From a virus (taxonomy: Duplodnaviria; Caudoviricetes), in IMG/VR virus record IMGVR_UViG_3300012953_000039, positions 1 through 56,076 of that record: a stretch of DNA of 56,076 bases; one strand, written 5' to 3'. The position numbers and the translations under genes were made by a program. Below the pieces are notes generated by a model. It saw only the letters and a program-made list of their open reading frames with translations, ran no database searches and was not told the DNA's origin. Shown here in pieces: positions 18,162-27,384 of the stretch (positions are counted from its first letter, which is position 1; each line of letters opens with the position of its first letter).

Positions 18162-18623
18162 ATGGATAAATTAAGAGAAATAAAATCAATAGATATAACT
18201 AAAGACGCAGTACGACCTCACTTATCGTTAGAGTTTAGAACTACTAACGGCAGAAAGATTTTTGTATTACAAGAAGACGGCGAAGAGATTAGAGACCTGG
18301 CATATTGTTGTGTAGCATTTTGTGATAAGGTACCTACGAATGAGAAAGAACTAGAAGAGTATTCTAATCCTACTGGTAAGATTGCAATTGCATATACCGT
18401 ATGGTCTACAGAATGGCGTAAGGGTGCAGGTAGAGATATCATATTTGCAATCAGAGAAAAACTAATTGAAGATACAGAAAGATTATTTGGTGTAGAACGA
18501 ATGATTACATTGTCGCCACTTACAGAAATGGCAAAAAGGTTTCACGAAAAGAACGGTGCAAAATTATTAAACCATAACGATGAAAGTTATAACTTTGAGT
18601 ACAATTTAAATGATGATGAATGA
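18162..18623 (+). CDS. putative GNAT-fold protein
   Basis: AYTVWS...RKGAGRDII...TLSPLTEMAKRFHEKNGA resembles the acetyl-CoA-binding R/Q-x-x-G-x-G loop and AxxFYxxxG motif. Confidence 0.5.
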   Translation: MDKLREIKSIDITKDAVRPHLSLEFRTTNGRKIFVLQEDGEEIRDLAYCCVAFCDKVPTNEKELEEYSNPTGKIAIAYTVWSTEWRKGAGRDIIFAIREKLIEDTERLFGVERMITLSPLTEMAKRFHEKNGAKLLNHNDESYNFEYNLNDDE

Positions 18624-19887
18624 ACAAGATATTGAAGAATATCATAATATAGGTAAGGCAACATTGAACTTAAAAGACTATGCAAATGAGAATGGTCTAC
18701 CTATTATGGATAGAATTCAGTTTGATAGATGGACAGAAGAACTAGGTAAAGAACAATTTAGAGTTTTACTATCTCAATATATCGCTGAAGAGAGACCAAA
18801 GTTTCCGTTAAAGAATATATCTCACGAAGATATGAGAAAGAACATTATTGATTTATCAAAGTTTGATACTTCAAAGATATGTACACCTAAAGAACAAATA
18901 GAGAAAAAGGTATTTGAAAAATATGAAGACTACGAATATGGATTTGAAAAACACGGCCTTGGGATTATTGATGGTGGTAATCAATTTAATTTGTGTAGCA
19001 ATTATTTCCATCAGCATTTACGCTTGAATTGTAGTAGTTATGGATTTAGAGCACCACTAGAAGTATGGCAGAATGGTAATGCAAAAGACATATGGAAGTG
19101 TTTAGGTCCTATCTGGAGAGGTATCAATTCAGAAAGAGTTTTAAAAGAGGCAACTTATTTAAGTGCATTTAGATTAGGTACATATATTGCAACACAATTT
19201 AAACCTGTTGTTGCAAAAACAATTTACGATATTACGAAAGCAGACACCGTGTTAGATACAAGTTGTGGTTGGGGTGATAGATTGGCAGGTTTCTTTGCTA
19301 GTCAGGCAACGCATTATTATGGTTGCGACCCTAATCCTAACACATATAAACAATATATGAAACAGATAGAAGAGTATACTAAAATATTTCCTAATAAGAA
19401 AGTTAAGATATACAATTGTGGTGCAGAAGATTTACCTTATGATGAACTACCTGATATAGATTGTGCTTTTACAAGTCCACCATATTTTAGTACAGAAGAA
19501 TATAATAAAGGTGGCGAGAAAGAAGAAAACCAGTCGTGGTTTAAATTCAACGAATACGAGAAATGGAGAGACGAGTTTTATTTACCAGTTGCAGATAAGA
19601 CACTAGCAAAATCAAAGTTTATGTTAGTGAATATTATGGACCCTAAAGTCAAGAATGTTAGACATAGGTCTAGTGATGAACTGATAAATAGAAATAGAGA
19701 TAAATTCATAGGTCAAATTGGTATGGTAATTATGCAAAGACCTCAAGGTAATGCAAAGTTTAAAACCAAAGAAGAACTAAATGAGTTTATGGCTATGAAG
19801 TATATAGAAAATGTATGGTGTTTTGGACCTAAAGATTATGACTTCTTTTCAGCGAGTAGAAAAGGAACATTGGAAAATTTCTTATAG
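18610..19887 (+). CDS. DNA amino-methyltransferase (SPPY type)
   Basis: ATQFKPVVA, LDTSCGWGDRLAG, GCDPN, DCAFTSPPYF. Confidence 0.82.
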   Translation: MMMNEQDIEEYHNIGKATLNLKDYANENGLPIMDRIQFDRWTEELGKEQFRVLLSQYIAEERPKFPLKNISHEDMRKNIIDLSKFDTSKICTPKEQIEKKVFEKYEDYEYGFEKHGLGIIDGGNQFNLCSNYFHQHLRLNCSSYGFRAPLEVWQNGNAKDIWKCLGPIWRGINSERVLKEATYLSAFRLGTYIATQFKPVVAKTIYDITKADTVLDTSCGWGDRLAGFFASQATHYYGCDPNPNTYKQYMKQIEEYTKIFPNKKVKIYNCGAEDLPYDELPDIDCAFTSPPYFSTEEYNKGGEKEENQSWFKFNEYEKWRDEFYLPVADKTLAKSKFMLVNIMDPKVKNVRHRSSDELINRNRDKFIGQIGMVIMQRPQGNAKFKTKEELNEFMAMKYIENVWCFGPKDYDFFSASRKGTLENFL

Positions 19888-19891
19888 GTGC

Positions 19892-19920
19892 TTGACAAAT
19901 GAAATCAAATAGTATAATAT
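19892..19920 (+). promoter_or_regulatory. sigma70-type promoter for uvsX
   Basis: TTGACA 19892-97 with TATAAT/TAATAT 15-17 nt downstream. Confidence 0.6.
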
Positions 19921-19929
19921 GGAGTAATA

Positions 19930-20943
19930 ATGACAGATTTTTTAAAAGATATAATTAAAGAAACAGGTAACGAATATGCCACTCTGGCGAGTGAAGGCAT
20001 AGACGCTGGCGATGTAACGAACTTTGTTGATACAGGTTGTTACTCCTTAAACGCTTTATTGTCAGGTAGTATCCACGGTGGTATGCCTGCAAACAAAATT
20101 ACTGCAATCGCAGGTGAGGCCGCTACAGGTAAAACTTTCTTTGCATTAGGAATATGTAAACACTTTTTAGATAAAGACCCAGACGCTGGAGTTATATATT
20201 TTGAAAGTGAAAGTGCCGTATCTAAAAATATGATTGAAGATAGAGGCATTGATAGTAAGAGATTTGTAGTTGTACCAGTTGCAACCGTGCAAGAATTTAG
20301 AAGTCAAGCAATTAAAATCGTAGACAAATACCTAGAACAAGGTGAAGATAAAAGAAAACCTATTATGTTTGTTCTTGATAGTCTTGGTATGTTATCTACA
20401 ACAAAAGAAATGGAAGACACAGCAGAAGGTAAAGAGACTAGAGATATGACAAGGTCTCAAATTGTGAAGTCTACATTTAGAGTTTTAACATTGAAACTTG
20501 GTAAAGCAAATATACCTATGATTATGACCAATCATACTTATGATGTTATAGGTTCAATGTTCCCACAAAAAGAAATGGGTGGAGGTTCAGGTTTAAAATA
20601 TGCCGCTTCATCTATCATCTATCTTGGAAAAAGAAAAGTAAAAGACGGCACCGATGTCGTTGGCAATATTATTCATTGTAAAAATTACAAAAGTAGGTTA
20701 ACAAAAGAGAACTCTATGGTTGATGTTTTGTTAACATACGAAAAAGGATTAGACAAATATTATGGTCTTATGGAACTTGCTATTGAAGCAGGTATCTTTA
20801 AGAAAGTGAGTACAAGAATTGAGTTACCTGATGGTACAAAAACATTTGGTAAAACGATTAATGAAAATCCTGAAAAGTATTATACAAAGGAAGTATTAGA
20901 GAAGATAGATGAACAAGCCAAAAAACAATTCCTCTACGGATAA
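19930..20943 (+). CDS. uvsX: RecA-like recombinase UvsX
   Basis: [41 protein letters not shown]. Confidence 0.93.
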   Translation: MTDFLKDIIKETGNEYATLASEGIDAGDVTNFVDTGCYSLNALLSGSIHGGMPANKITAIAGEAATGKTFFALGICKHFLDKDPDAGVIYFESESAVSKNMIEDRGIDSKRFVVVPVATVQEFRSQAIKIVDKYLEQGEDKRKPIMFVLDSLGMLSTTKEMEDTAEGKETRDMTRSQIVKSTFRVLTLKLGKANIPMIMTNHTYDVIGSMFPQKEMGGGSGLKYAASSIIYLGKRKVKDGTDVVGNIIHCKNYKSRLTKENSMVDVLLTYEKGLDKYYGLMELAIEAGIFKKVSTRIELPDGTKTFGKTINENPEKYYTKEVLEKIDEQAKKQFLYG

Positions 20944-21232
20944 AAAGAAAAGATACGAATTCGTTATCAAAGAAGGTGACGAGTTTTCATCAATTAGAAT
21001 TACCGAAGGTGTATACAAAGATGTTATATACCAATATGGTAAGGTGCAATTTGCAAAAGAAGAAACGCAAAATGGCCAAATGCCTTTACAATTTCAATGG
21101 ACATTAAAAAAGAAACCAGAAAAGTTAGACCTGGATATTGACAAAGAAGGATTTATAAAGTATATTGGAGATATATTAGTTGAAATTATGGATGAAAGAA
21201 TAAAGGATGGGACAATCATTGATGACAAATAG
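20909..21232 (+). CDS. hypothetical protein at the T4 gp40 position
   Basis: Between uvsX and gp41; [11 protein letters not shown]...IGDILVEI. Confidence 0.5.
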   Translation: MNKPKNNSSTDKKKRYEFVIKEGDEFSSIRITEGVYKDVIYQYGKVQFAKEETQNGQMPLQFQWTLKKKPEKLDLDIDKEGFIKYIGDILVEIMDERIKDGTIIDDK

Positions 21233-22589
21233 ATTAGAAGACACAATACTGACAAACTTAATATTCAATGAAGAATATACAAGAAAGGTGTTGCCGTTTC
21301 TTAAAGATGAATACTTTGGTACAAGAAGTGATAAAATTATATTTTCACAAATTTATGATTTCGTTAATAAATATAATAATCTTCCGACTAAAGAGACCTT
21401 GATTATAGAATTAAATACTCGTAAAGATATAAATGAGGAAGAATTTAAGGCTATAAAAACAACAATCGCAGGACTTAATCCTGTAGAAGCAGATTTAGAA
21501 TGGTTGTTTGATACTACAGAGAAGTTTTGTAAAGACAAGGCGGTAAACAATGCAGTACTTAACGGCATTAAAATCTTGGATGGAAAAGACCAGAAAAGAA
21601 CTCCAGAGGCCATTCCTTCAATTTTATCTGAAGCTCTTGCTGTGTCTTTTGATAATCATATTGGGCACGATTACATTGATGACGCAGATGATAGATTTGA
21701 TTGGTACCATCGTAAGGAGTTAAAACTTCCATTTGACTTACAATATTTTAATAGAATAACTAAAGGTGGCGTACCACAAAAGACTTTGAATGTATGTCTT
21801 GCTGGTACTGGTGTAGGTAAATCGCTGTTTATGTGTCATTTAGCGGCTTCAAGTATACTTGAAGGTAAGAATGTTTTATACATTACATTAGAAATGGCAG
21901 AAGAAAGAATTGCTGAAAGAATTGACGCTAACTTATTAGATGTTACAACAGACGATTTACTTGCATTACCAAAACAAATGTTTGATGATAGAGTACAAAG
22001 ATTAAAAGACAAAAGTCCTGGTAAGTTAATTATTAAAGAATACCCAACGGCGTCTGCTCATAGTGGACATTTCAAAGCATTATTAAATGAACTTGCATTA
22101 AAGAAAAGTTTTAAACCAGATGTATTGTTTATTGATTATTTAAATATATGTTCTTCTAGTAGATTTAAAGGTGGTAATATATCATCATACTTCTATGTAA
22201 AAGCAATCGCAGAAGAATTAAGAGGTCTTGCTGTAGAGTTTAAGTTGCCTATATTTACTGCTACTCAAACAACAAGAACTGGTTTCGTATCTACAGACAT
22301 TGGTCTTGAAGATACTTCAGAAAGTTTTGGTCTACCTGCAACGGCAGACTTTATGTTTGCATTAATGACTAGTGAAGAGTTAGATAGTCTTAATTAGATG
22401 AAAGTAAAACAATTGAAAAACAGATATTCAGACCCAGCAATAAATCGTAGTTTTATCATTGGTGTTGATAGAAGTAAAATGAGATTGTATGATGTAGAAC
22501 AAAAAGCACAAAATATAGTAGATAGTAACCAGGAGAAAGATATTGAAGAAACTGACCCATACGATAAGTTTTCTGATTTCAAAGTTTAA
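21222..22589 (+). CDS. gp41: replicative helicase (T4 gp41, DnaB family) interrupted by an in-frame TAG at 22395-22397
   Basis: LAGTGVGKSLFM, YITLEMAEE, IIKEYPT, IDYLNIC, ATQTTR, SESFGLPATAD; KQLKNRY continues in frame immediately after the TAG (track ORF 22398..22589). Confidence 0.9.
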
Positions 22590-22590
22590 T

Positions 22591-22863
22591 ATGCCAAGAA
22601 AAAACACAGCCCCCATAAAACAAAAAGGAACTAAAGAGTTGCAACCTGGAGAGAAACTACACTATACAAAGAGTATGGTAAAGAAACGAGGTAAGATTTA
22701 CTGGAGGGTTACTGAAAAACCTACAGGTACTATTGTAAAAGATTATTTTTTTGAAAAGGACGCTAGAGCATTAGTTAGATTTCAAAATAAAGAAAGAGTA
22801 TGGGAAGCAAATGGAGGTATTCCACACTTCCTTTGTGAACAAATTAATTTGAAAAAAAGTTAA
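22591..22863 (+). CDS. hypothetical protein
   Basis: ATG at 22591 right after the gp41 stop; ends WEANGGIPHFL... Confidence 0.55.
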   Translation: MPRKNTAPIKQKGTKELQPGEKLHYTKSMVKKRGKIYWRVTEKPTGTIVKDYFFEKDARALVRFQNKERVWEANGGIPHFLCEQINLKKS

Positions 22864-22910
22864 AAAAAATGCTTTTTTTGCTTGACAAGCTTTATAGGTC
22901 GTGTTATAGT
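22849..22910 (+). promoter_or_regulatory. early sigma70-type promoter with A-tract UP element
   Basis: TTGACA 22882-87, 17 nt, TGtTATAGT (22905-10), followed by ATATACATAA as at 4760 and 7210. Confidence 0.75.
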
Positions 22911-22941
22911 ATATACATAATCAATAGAAAAGGACTAAATT

Positions 22942-23202
22942 ATGACTAACTTCACTAACGACCCTATCAATTTTCTTTCTGCCAACGAAGGTCAACTTGA
23001 ACTTCATACTAAAGAAGGTCTTACATATATGACCGATAAGGTAGAAACTATCGCAAAGATTTTATCTAATCACGGTGTTCCTGTTTCAGTAAACACTTCA
23101 TCTTCAATGGACTTTGCAGATGAATATGGTTTCGCAAATTGGGACGGTGCTCAAAAACTTTGGGCAAGTGCATTAGAACTATTAGGTTACTCTGTAGAGT
23201 AG
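22942..23202 (+). CDS. early hypothetical protein
   Basis: Own early promoter and AAAGGA RBS; 86 aa. Confidence 0.65.
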   Translation: MTNFTNDPINFLSANEGQLELHTKEGLTYMTDKVETIAKILSNHGVPVSVNTSSSMDFADEYGFANWDGAQKLWASALELLGYSVE

Positions 23203-23209
23203 TTTAGTA

Positions 23210-23288
23210 GGGTGTAGTAGTGGCATAGACCTAGGTTATAATACTACTTAAATGTGTCCTGAAACAATCGCCTGCCAAGGAACAGCCC
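23210..23288 (+). ncRNA. candidate structured RNA upstream of tRNA-Arg
   Basis: GGGTGT/ACAGCCC, AGTAGTG/TACTACT, TCCT/AGGA, possible TGGCA/TGCCA pairing. Confidence 0.3.
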
Positions 23289-23316
23289 ATTTTCATTCAA
23301 CAATCTCACAATTATT

Positions 23317-23393
23317 CTGCTCGTAGCTCAACTGGATAGAGCACCAGTCTTCTAAACTGGATGTTGCAGGTTCAAGTCCTGCCGAGCAGGCCA
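23317..23393 (+). tRNA. trnR: tRNA-Arg (anticodon TCT)
   Basis: Acceptor CTGCTCG/CGAGCAG, D-arm GCTC/GAGC, anticodon arm CCAGT-CTTCTAA-ACTGG, T-arm GCAGG-TTCAAGT-CCTGC, encoded CCA. Confidence 0.95.
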
Positions 23394-23407
23394 ATTGTTT
23401 TTAGTGC

Positions 23408-23436
23408 TTGACATAGGGATAAATATGATGTAGTAT
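23408..23436 (+). promoter_or_regulatory. sigma70-type promoter
   Basis: GCTTGACA-N17-TAGTAT before the 23468 ORF. Confidence 0.55.
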
Positions 23437-23467
23437 ATTCTTAATATTAACAAATGGAGATATTTAA

Positions 23468-24871
23468 ATGGCAGTTTTAGGAAAGACAGATTTTATCCGA
23501 GACGGTAGTAACTATCGTTCTTCTGGTGGTAAATATGCTGGTAAAACTAGATTTGAAATCGTTGATTTGATGATTGAGAATAATGAAACTTTTGTAGAAG
23601 GCAAAACATCTACTGGTCGTAAACTAAAAGCAATTAGACGAGTATCTAAAACAAATGTCTATCCTGTAATATTACAAGTTAAATCTAATACAGGAAAAGA
23701 TATAGAAGAAATTTCAATTACAAAAATTTTTAAGTCACCACTATTTGGTGGTGGAGGTGGTTCAGGTGGTGGTGCGGCCGTAACTGCTGTAACAGAAAGC
23801 GCTCAATGTTATTATTGTTCACTTGCTTTCAATGTTAAACGAGGACCAATTAAATTAACAGATTGTACAGACGCTAATTTAATGAAGGCGGCCAAGTATG
23901 TACAGGCAACCGTACAAGTAAAAGCAATGGTAGATAGATTACCAGACGATTGGCCTACTACACTAATCAAAAGTGCAAACGAAATTTATAAAAAATATAG
24001 TAGTAAAGTTACAGGTTCAGTATACTTTCATAGAGGTTCACCTTTTATGGATAAAGTATATAGGGCAAAGAAAGAAGTTATGAAGTTAGATAAACAATCA
24101 GGCACACCACAGGCACCTGGTTCGTTTTCAGATGACAAATGGAATCCTGGTGACATATGGATGACCACAATGTCTCCTGGTGCAGACCCTTTGAAAGAAT
24201 TTCAGAAAGATTGGTCTATATTAAATCAAGCAGTTTTAGATAGGGCAGGTCGTCTGCAAAATCCTAAAACATTTTTACTTGGTATCTCATTAAAGAAATT
24301 AGGTAACACCGTAACACTAAAAGAGTTTAATTCTCCAGGCAGAATTAAGATGGTTAAACATCAATACAAAGGTTATAAATGGGGTACAAATAATAAATTC
24401 TTTTCATCAATTGATATGTATATGGGAATGGGTACTGGTCAAGTCCAGTTTAGAGCATTTGCTTCTACATCATCTTGGCAAGGTGAAATAAAAGGTGTAT
24501 CGGCCGCAGGTGGTAAAATTGGTGGTGGTAACTTAAACTTTTATTTAGAAAGACATTTACGAAAAAGTATTGGTGGTGGTCTTAAAGGTAAGAGTTGGAA
24601 AGAAACACCAGGTAATCAAGTTAAGTTAAATGAAATGTATCTACTATTTAAGAAGTGGGTACCAAAAGACCAACTAGTAGAACCTAATGTTTTTATTAGT
24701 ATGTGTATTGAGAAAGGTGGTAGTTTTATCTTCTCAAAAAATATGTGTTTACAATTTTTAGACACATTTATGTCAGGTACATCTAGTCAAAGAAACGATG
24801 TTTGTACTGATATTATTAGATATGCTTCTAGTAGTAGTGACCAATCTTCTTTTTTTGTGAAGGTGTCATAA
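23468..24871 (+). CDS. putative PD-(D/E)XK-fold nuclease
   Basis: TAVTESAQ, DKWNPGDIW and LLGISLKK resemble a restriction-endonuclease-like core; Gly-rich linker GGGGGSGGG. Confidence 0.5.
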   Translation: MAVLGKTDFIRDGSNYRSSGGKYAGKTRFEIVDLMIENNETFVEGKTSTGRKLKAIRRVSKTNVYPVILQVKSNTGKDIEEISITKIFKSPLFGGGGGSGGGAAVTAVTESAQCYYCSLAFNVKRGPIKLTDCTDANLMKAAKYVQATVQVKAMVDRLPDDWPTTLIKSANEIYKKYSSKVTGSVYFHRGSPFMDKVYRAKKEVMKLDKQSGTPQAPGSFSDDKWNPGDIWMTTMSPGADPLKEFQKDWSILNQAVLDRAGRLQNPKTFLLGISLKKLGNTVTLKEFNSPGRIKMVKHQYKGYKWGTNNKFFSSIDMYMGMGTGQVQFRAFASTSSWQGEIKGVSAAGGKIGGGNLNFYLERHLRKSIGGGLKGKSWKETPGNQVKLNEMYLLFKKWVPKDQLVEPNVFISMCIEKGGSFIFSKNMCLQFLDTFMSGTSSQRNDVCTDIIRYASSSSDQSSFFVKVS

Positions 24872-24875
24872 AACT

Positions 24876-24883
24876 TATAAATA
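24876..24883 (+). promoter_or_regulatory. T4-type late promoter TATAAATA
   Basis: Exact motif, intergenic, heading the 24952-33904 gene block. Confidence 0.75.
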
Positions 24884-24951
24884 GTAGCAGACGAAGTGAA
24901 TAGTATATTGATGGATAGTTTATTTGTATATGGAAAAAATGAAGGAAACCA

Positions 24952-26166
24952 ATGTTTAGTTTTAAAGGATATTCTTCTAGTGGTGCGAATACACACCTAG
25001 AACACCTAGAAGATAGTATAATCAACGATGGCGCTAAGGGTGGCAGAAATGCAATTGCATTTTTAAAATCTTTACAAAAAATGCTCTCGGCAAATGTTAG
25101 CAATAAAGTTAATGTTACCGTGAAATGGGATGGAGCGCCTGCTATCGTTTGTGGTACTAATCCTGAAAATGGCAAATTCTTTGTCGGCACAAAATCTGTA
25201 TTCAACAAAACACCAAAAATCAATTACACATCTTCAGATATAGCACGAAACCATCCAGGTGGTGTCGGTGCAACACTTCAAATAGCATTAAGAGAATTAA
25301 AGAAACTAGGTATTAGAGGTATCGTACAAGGCGATTGTCTCTTTACTAACGACACAAAGAAAGTCGTAAACATAGATGGTCAATCTATGATATCATTTAC
25401 ACCTAACACAATCACATATGCAATGCCAGCCAATAGTGCAGTAGGTAGAAAAATTGCAAGAGCAAGAATGGGTATTGTATTTCACACACAATATAATGGT
25501 AAGACTATGGATAGTCTAAACGCTTCATTTGGTTATGTATCAGGAATTAGAAGTGGTAGTGTATGGGTACCATCGGCACAATACAAAGACGCTAGTGGTA
25601 GTGCAAGTTTTAGTCGTGCTGAACTTACAAAGTTTAATGCACAATTAAGAATGGCAGAAGGTAGTTTAAATAAGGCCGCACCATTACTAAATCAATTTGA
25701 TAGTAGAGACGAATTATCTGTAGGTTACAGATTAAAAACTTATTTCAATAGTATCGTAAGAGGTACTTCTGGTATGGGTAGAGTAAAAGATTTAGTTGAT
25801 AAGTTTCCAGATTACTATGAGAACTTTATCAATGCAGAAATAGACGCTAGAAAAACACCGAAAGGTAAAGAAAAATTTAAAGTCGCAAAAGAAAACAATA
25901 CAAAGTTTATTGCTCGTAATAAACAATCTTTATATTTTGCAATCGCAACTTATGTAACATTACAAAATTGTAAAGGTATTGTATTAAGTAAACTTGCACA
26001 AATACAAAGTGTAGGACATTTTTTGAGAACTGATAGTGGTTATAAAGTAACAGCACCTGAAGGTTATGTTGCAACTGACCGTGTCGGTAATGTTGTTAAA
26101 CTGGTAGATAGATTAGAGTTTAGTAGAGCAAACTTTACTATCGCCAAAGATTGGGTGAAAGGTTAA
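24952..26166 (+). CDS. ATP-dependent ligase / covalent nucleotidyltransferase-like protein
   Basis: Motif I-like TVKWDGAP, VQGD, motif IV-like PEGYV, motif V-like VKLVDRLEFS; N-terminal THLEHLED. Confidence 0.6.
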   Translation: MFSFKGYSSSGANTHLEHLEDSIINDGAKGGRNAIAFLKSLQKMLSANVSNKVNVTVKWDGAPAIVCGTNPENGKFFVGTKSVFNKTPKINYTSSDIARNHPGGVGATLQIALRELKKLGIRGIVQGDCLFTNDTKKVVNIDGQSMISFTPNTITYAMPANSAVGRKIARARMGIVFHTQYNGKTMDSLNASFGYVSGIRSGSVWVPSAQYKDASGSASFSRAELTKFNAQLRMAEGSLNKAAPLLNQFDSRDELSVGYRLKTYFNSIVRGTSGMGRVKDLVDKFPDYYENFINAEIDARKTPKGKEKFKVAKENNTKFIARNKQSLYFAIATYVTLQNCKGIVLSKLAQIQSVGHFLRTDSGYKVTAPEGYVATDRVGNVVKLVDRLEFSRANFTIAKDWVKG

Positions 26167-26200
26167 TATGTTATATGATACAACAGGTTCAGGAGGCGCA

Positions 26201-26800
26201 ATGCTAGGATTTAAAGATTACATAATAAATCATTTGTTAGAAGCAAAACAAACTAGAATTATTATTATGGGTGGTCCAGGTTCTGGCAAGTCAACTTATT
26301 CAGAATATTTAATTAGACACTTTGGTATTAAACACATTTATCCTGGTGGTCTATTAAGAAAAGAAATAGACAAAGGTGGTCCAGAAGGTATGAAGATTAA
26401 AAAACTTTTAGACCAAGGTAAGTTTGCACCAAACGATGTTGTACTAAAATTAGTAAAAGAAGCATTATCAGAAGATGACGCTTCAAAAGGATATGTTCTT
26501 GATGGTTATCCTAGATATATGCAACAAGTAAGAGATATGGAAAGAGAAGGTATCGCTTATGATGTTGTTGTTTATCTTGAAGTTAGTGAAGAAGAAGTAA
26601 TTAAGAGACTGACAAAGAGAGGTAGAAAAGATGATAAGCCAGATATTATTCGTAGCAGAATTGCTTTATACGAAAAAGAAACAGGTCCAGCGATTGAACA
26701 CTACAGAAAAAAAACAGGTTTCATTTCTATCAAGGCTCAAGGAAAAGAACCTGGCGACATTGCAAAAGATATTATCAGGGAGATAGAAAGTGAACTTTAA
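26201..26800 (+). CDS. adk: adenylate (NMP) kinase
   Basis: IIIMGGPGSGKST, GYVLDGYPR, RGRKDD...RIALY; AGGAGG SD before ATG 26201 (track start 26168). Confidence 0.88.
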   Translation: MLGFKDYIINHLLEAKQTRIIIMGGPGSGKSTYSEYLIRHFGIKHIYPGGLLRKEIDKGGPEGMKIKKLLDQGKFAPNDVVLKLVKEALSEDDASKGYVLDGYPRYMQQVRDMEREGIAYDVVVYLEVSEEEVIKRLTKRGRKDDKPDIIRSRIALYEKETGPAIEHYRKKTGFISIKAQGKEPGDIAKDIIREIESEL

Positions 26801-27104
26801 CGATTATCAGAATTTTACAAGTGTAACAGCAATTTATGATGACAAAGATAAAATAAATTATCCTATGATTGGACTATGTTCAGAAGTAGGAGAAGTTGCA
26901 GACAAAATTAAAAAGAATATGAGAGACGGAAACACATATTCAAAAGAAGATATCGCAAAAGAATTAGGAGATTGTTTGTGGTACATCGCTGCTTTATGTA
27001 GAGATTTAGATATCAATATGGAAGATGTAGCAGAAGCAAATTTAGAAAAGTTAAGAAATCGTATGAAACAAAATACAATTTCAGGAAGTGGTGATGACCG
27101 ATAA
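26790..27104 (+). CDS. mazG: MazG-like NTP pyrophosphohydrolase
   Basis: GLCSEVGEVADKIKK...KELGDCLWY...NLEKL...GSGDDR. Confidence 0.88.
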   Translation: MNFNDYQNFTSVTAIYDDKDKINYPMIGLCSEVGEVADKIKKNMRDGNTYSKEDIAKELGDCLWYIAALCRDLDINMEDVAEANLEKLRNRMKQNTISGSGDDR

Positions 27105-27384
27105 GTATAGACCACTACCAGATAATTTGACAATTAAACTATCGCAGATAGAAGGTTATGGTATATTCGCAAAAGAAAATATTGATAAGTGGACTGACTT
27201 GGGTATTGGTTGGTTGACACACGGAAGAGAATTATTTAGAACACCATTAGGTGGTTTCATTAATCATAGTGATAAACCTAATGTACAGAAAATTGAAGTT
27301 GATGGAAAATATTATGTACAAACATTAACAGATATTAAAAAAGGAGAAGAGATAACTTTAAAGTATACTCTTTACAAAGTATGA
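27094..27384 (+). CDS. SET-domain protein
   Basis: IEGYGIFAKENI, GFINHSDKPN, DIKKGEEITLKY: the three SET signature motifs. Confidence 0.8.
   Translation: MTDKYRPLPDNLTIKLSQIEGYGIFAKENIDKWTDLGIGWLTHGRELFRTPLGGFINHSDKPNVQKIEVDGKYYVQTLTDIKKGEEITLKYTLYKV

Noticed and set aside
22395-22397. Genome-wide TAG-to-Gln recoding (genetic code 15)
   Set aside because: Only one internal TAG was seen; coding density is high under code 11 and TAG ends genes at expected C-termini (hsp20, gp43).
23210-23300. HDV-like/theta, hammerhead or twister ribozyme, or glnA riboswitch, next to the tRNA
   Set aside because: Could not fit the required cores (no P2/J4-2 catalytic C arrangement, no CUGANGA, no glnA P1); kept only as an unclassified structured-RNA candidate.
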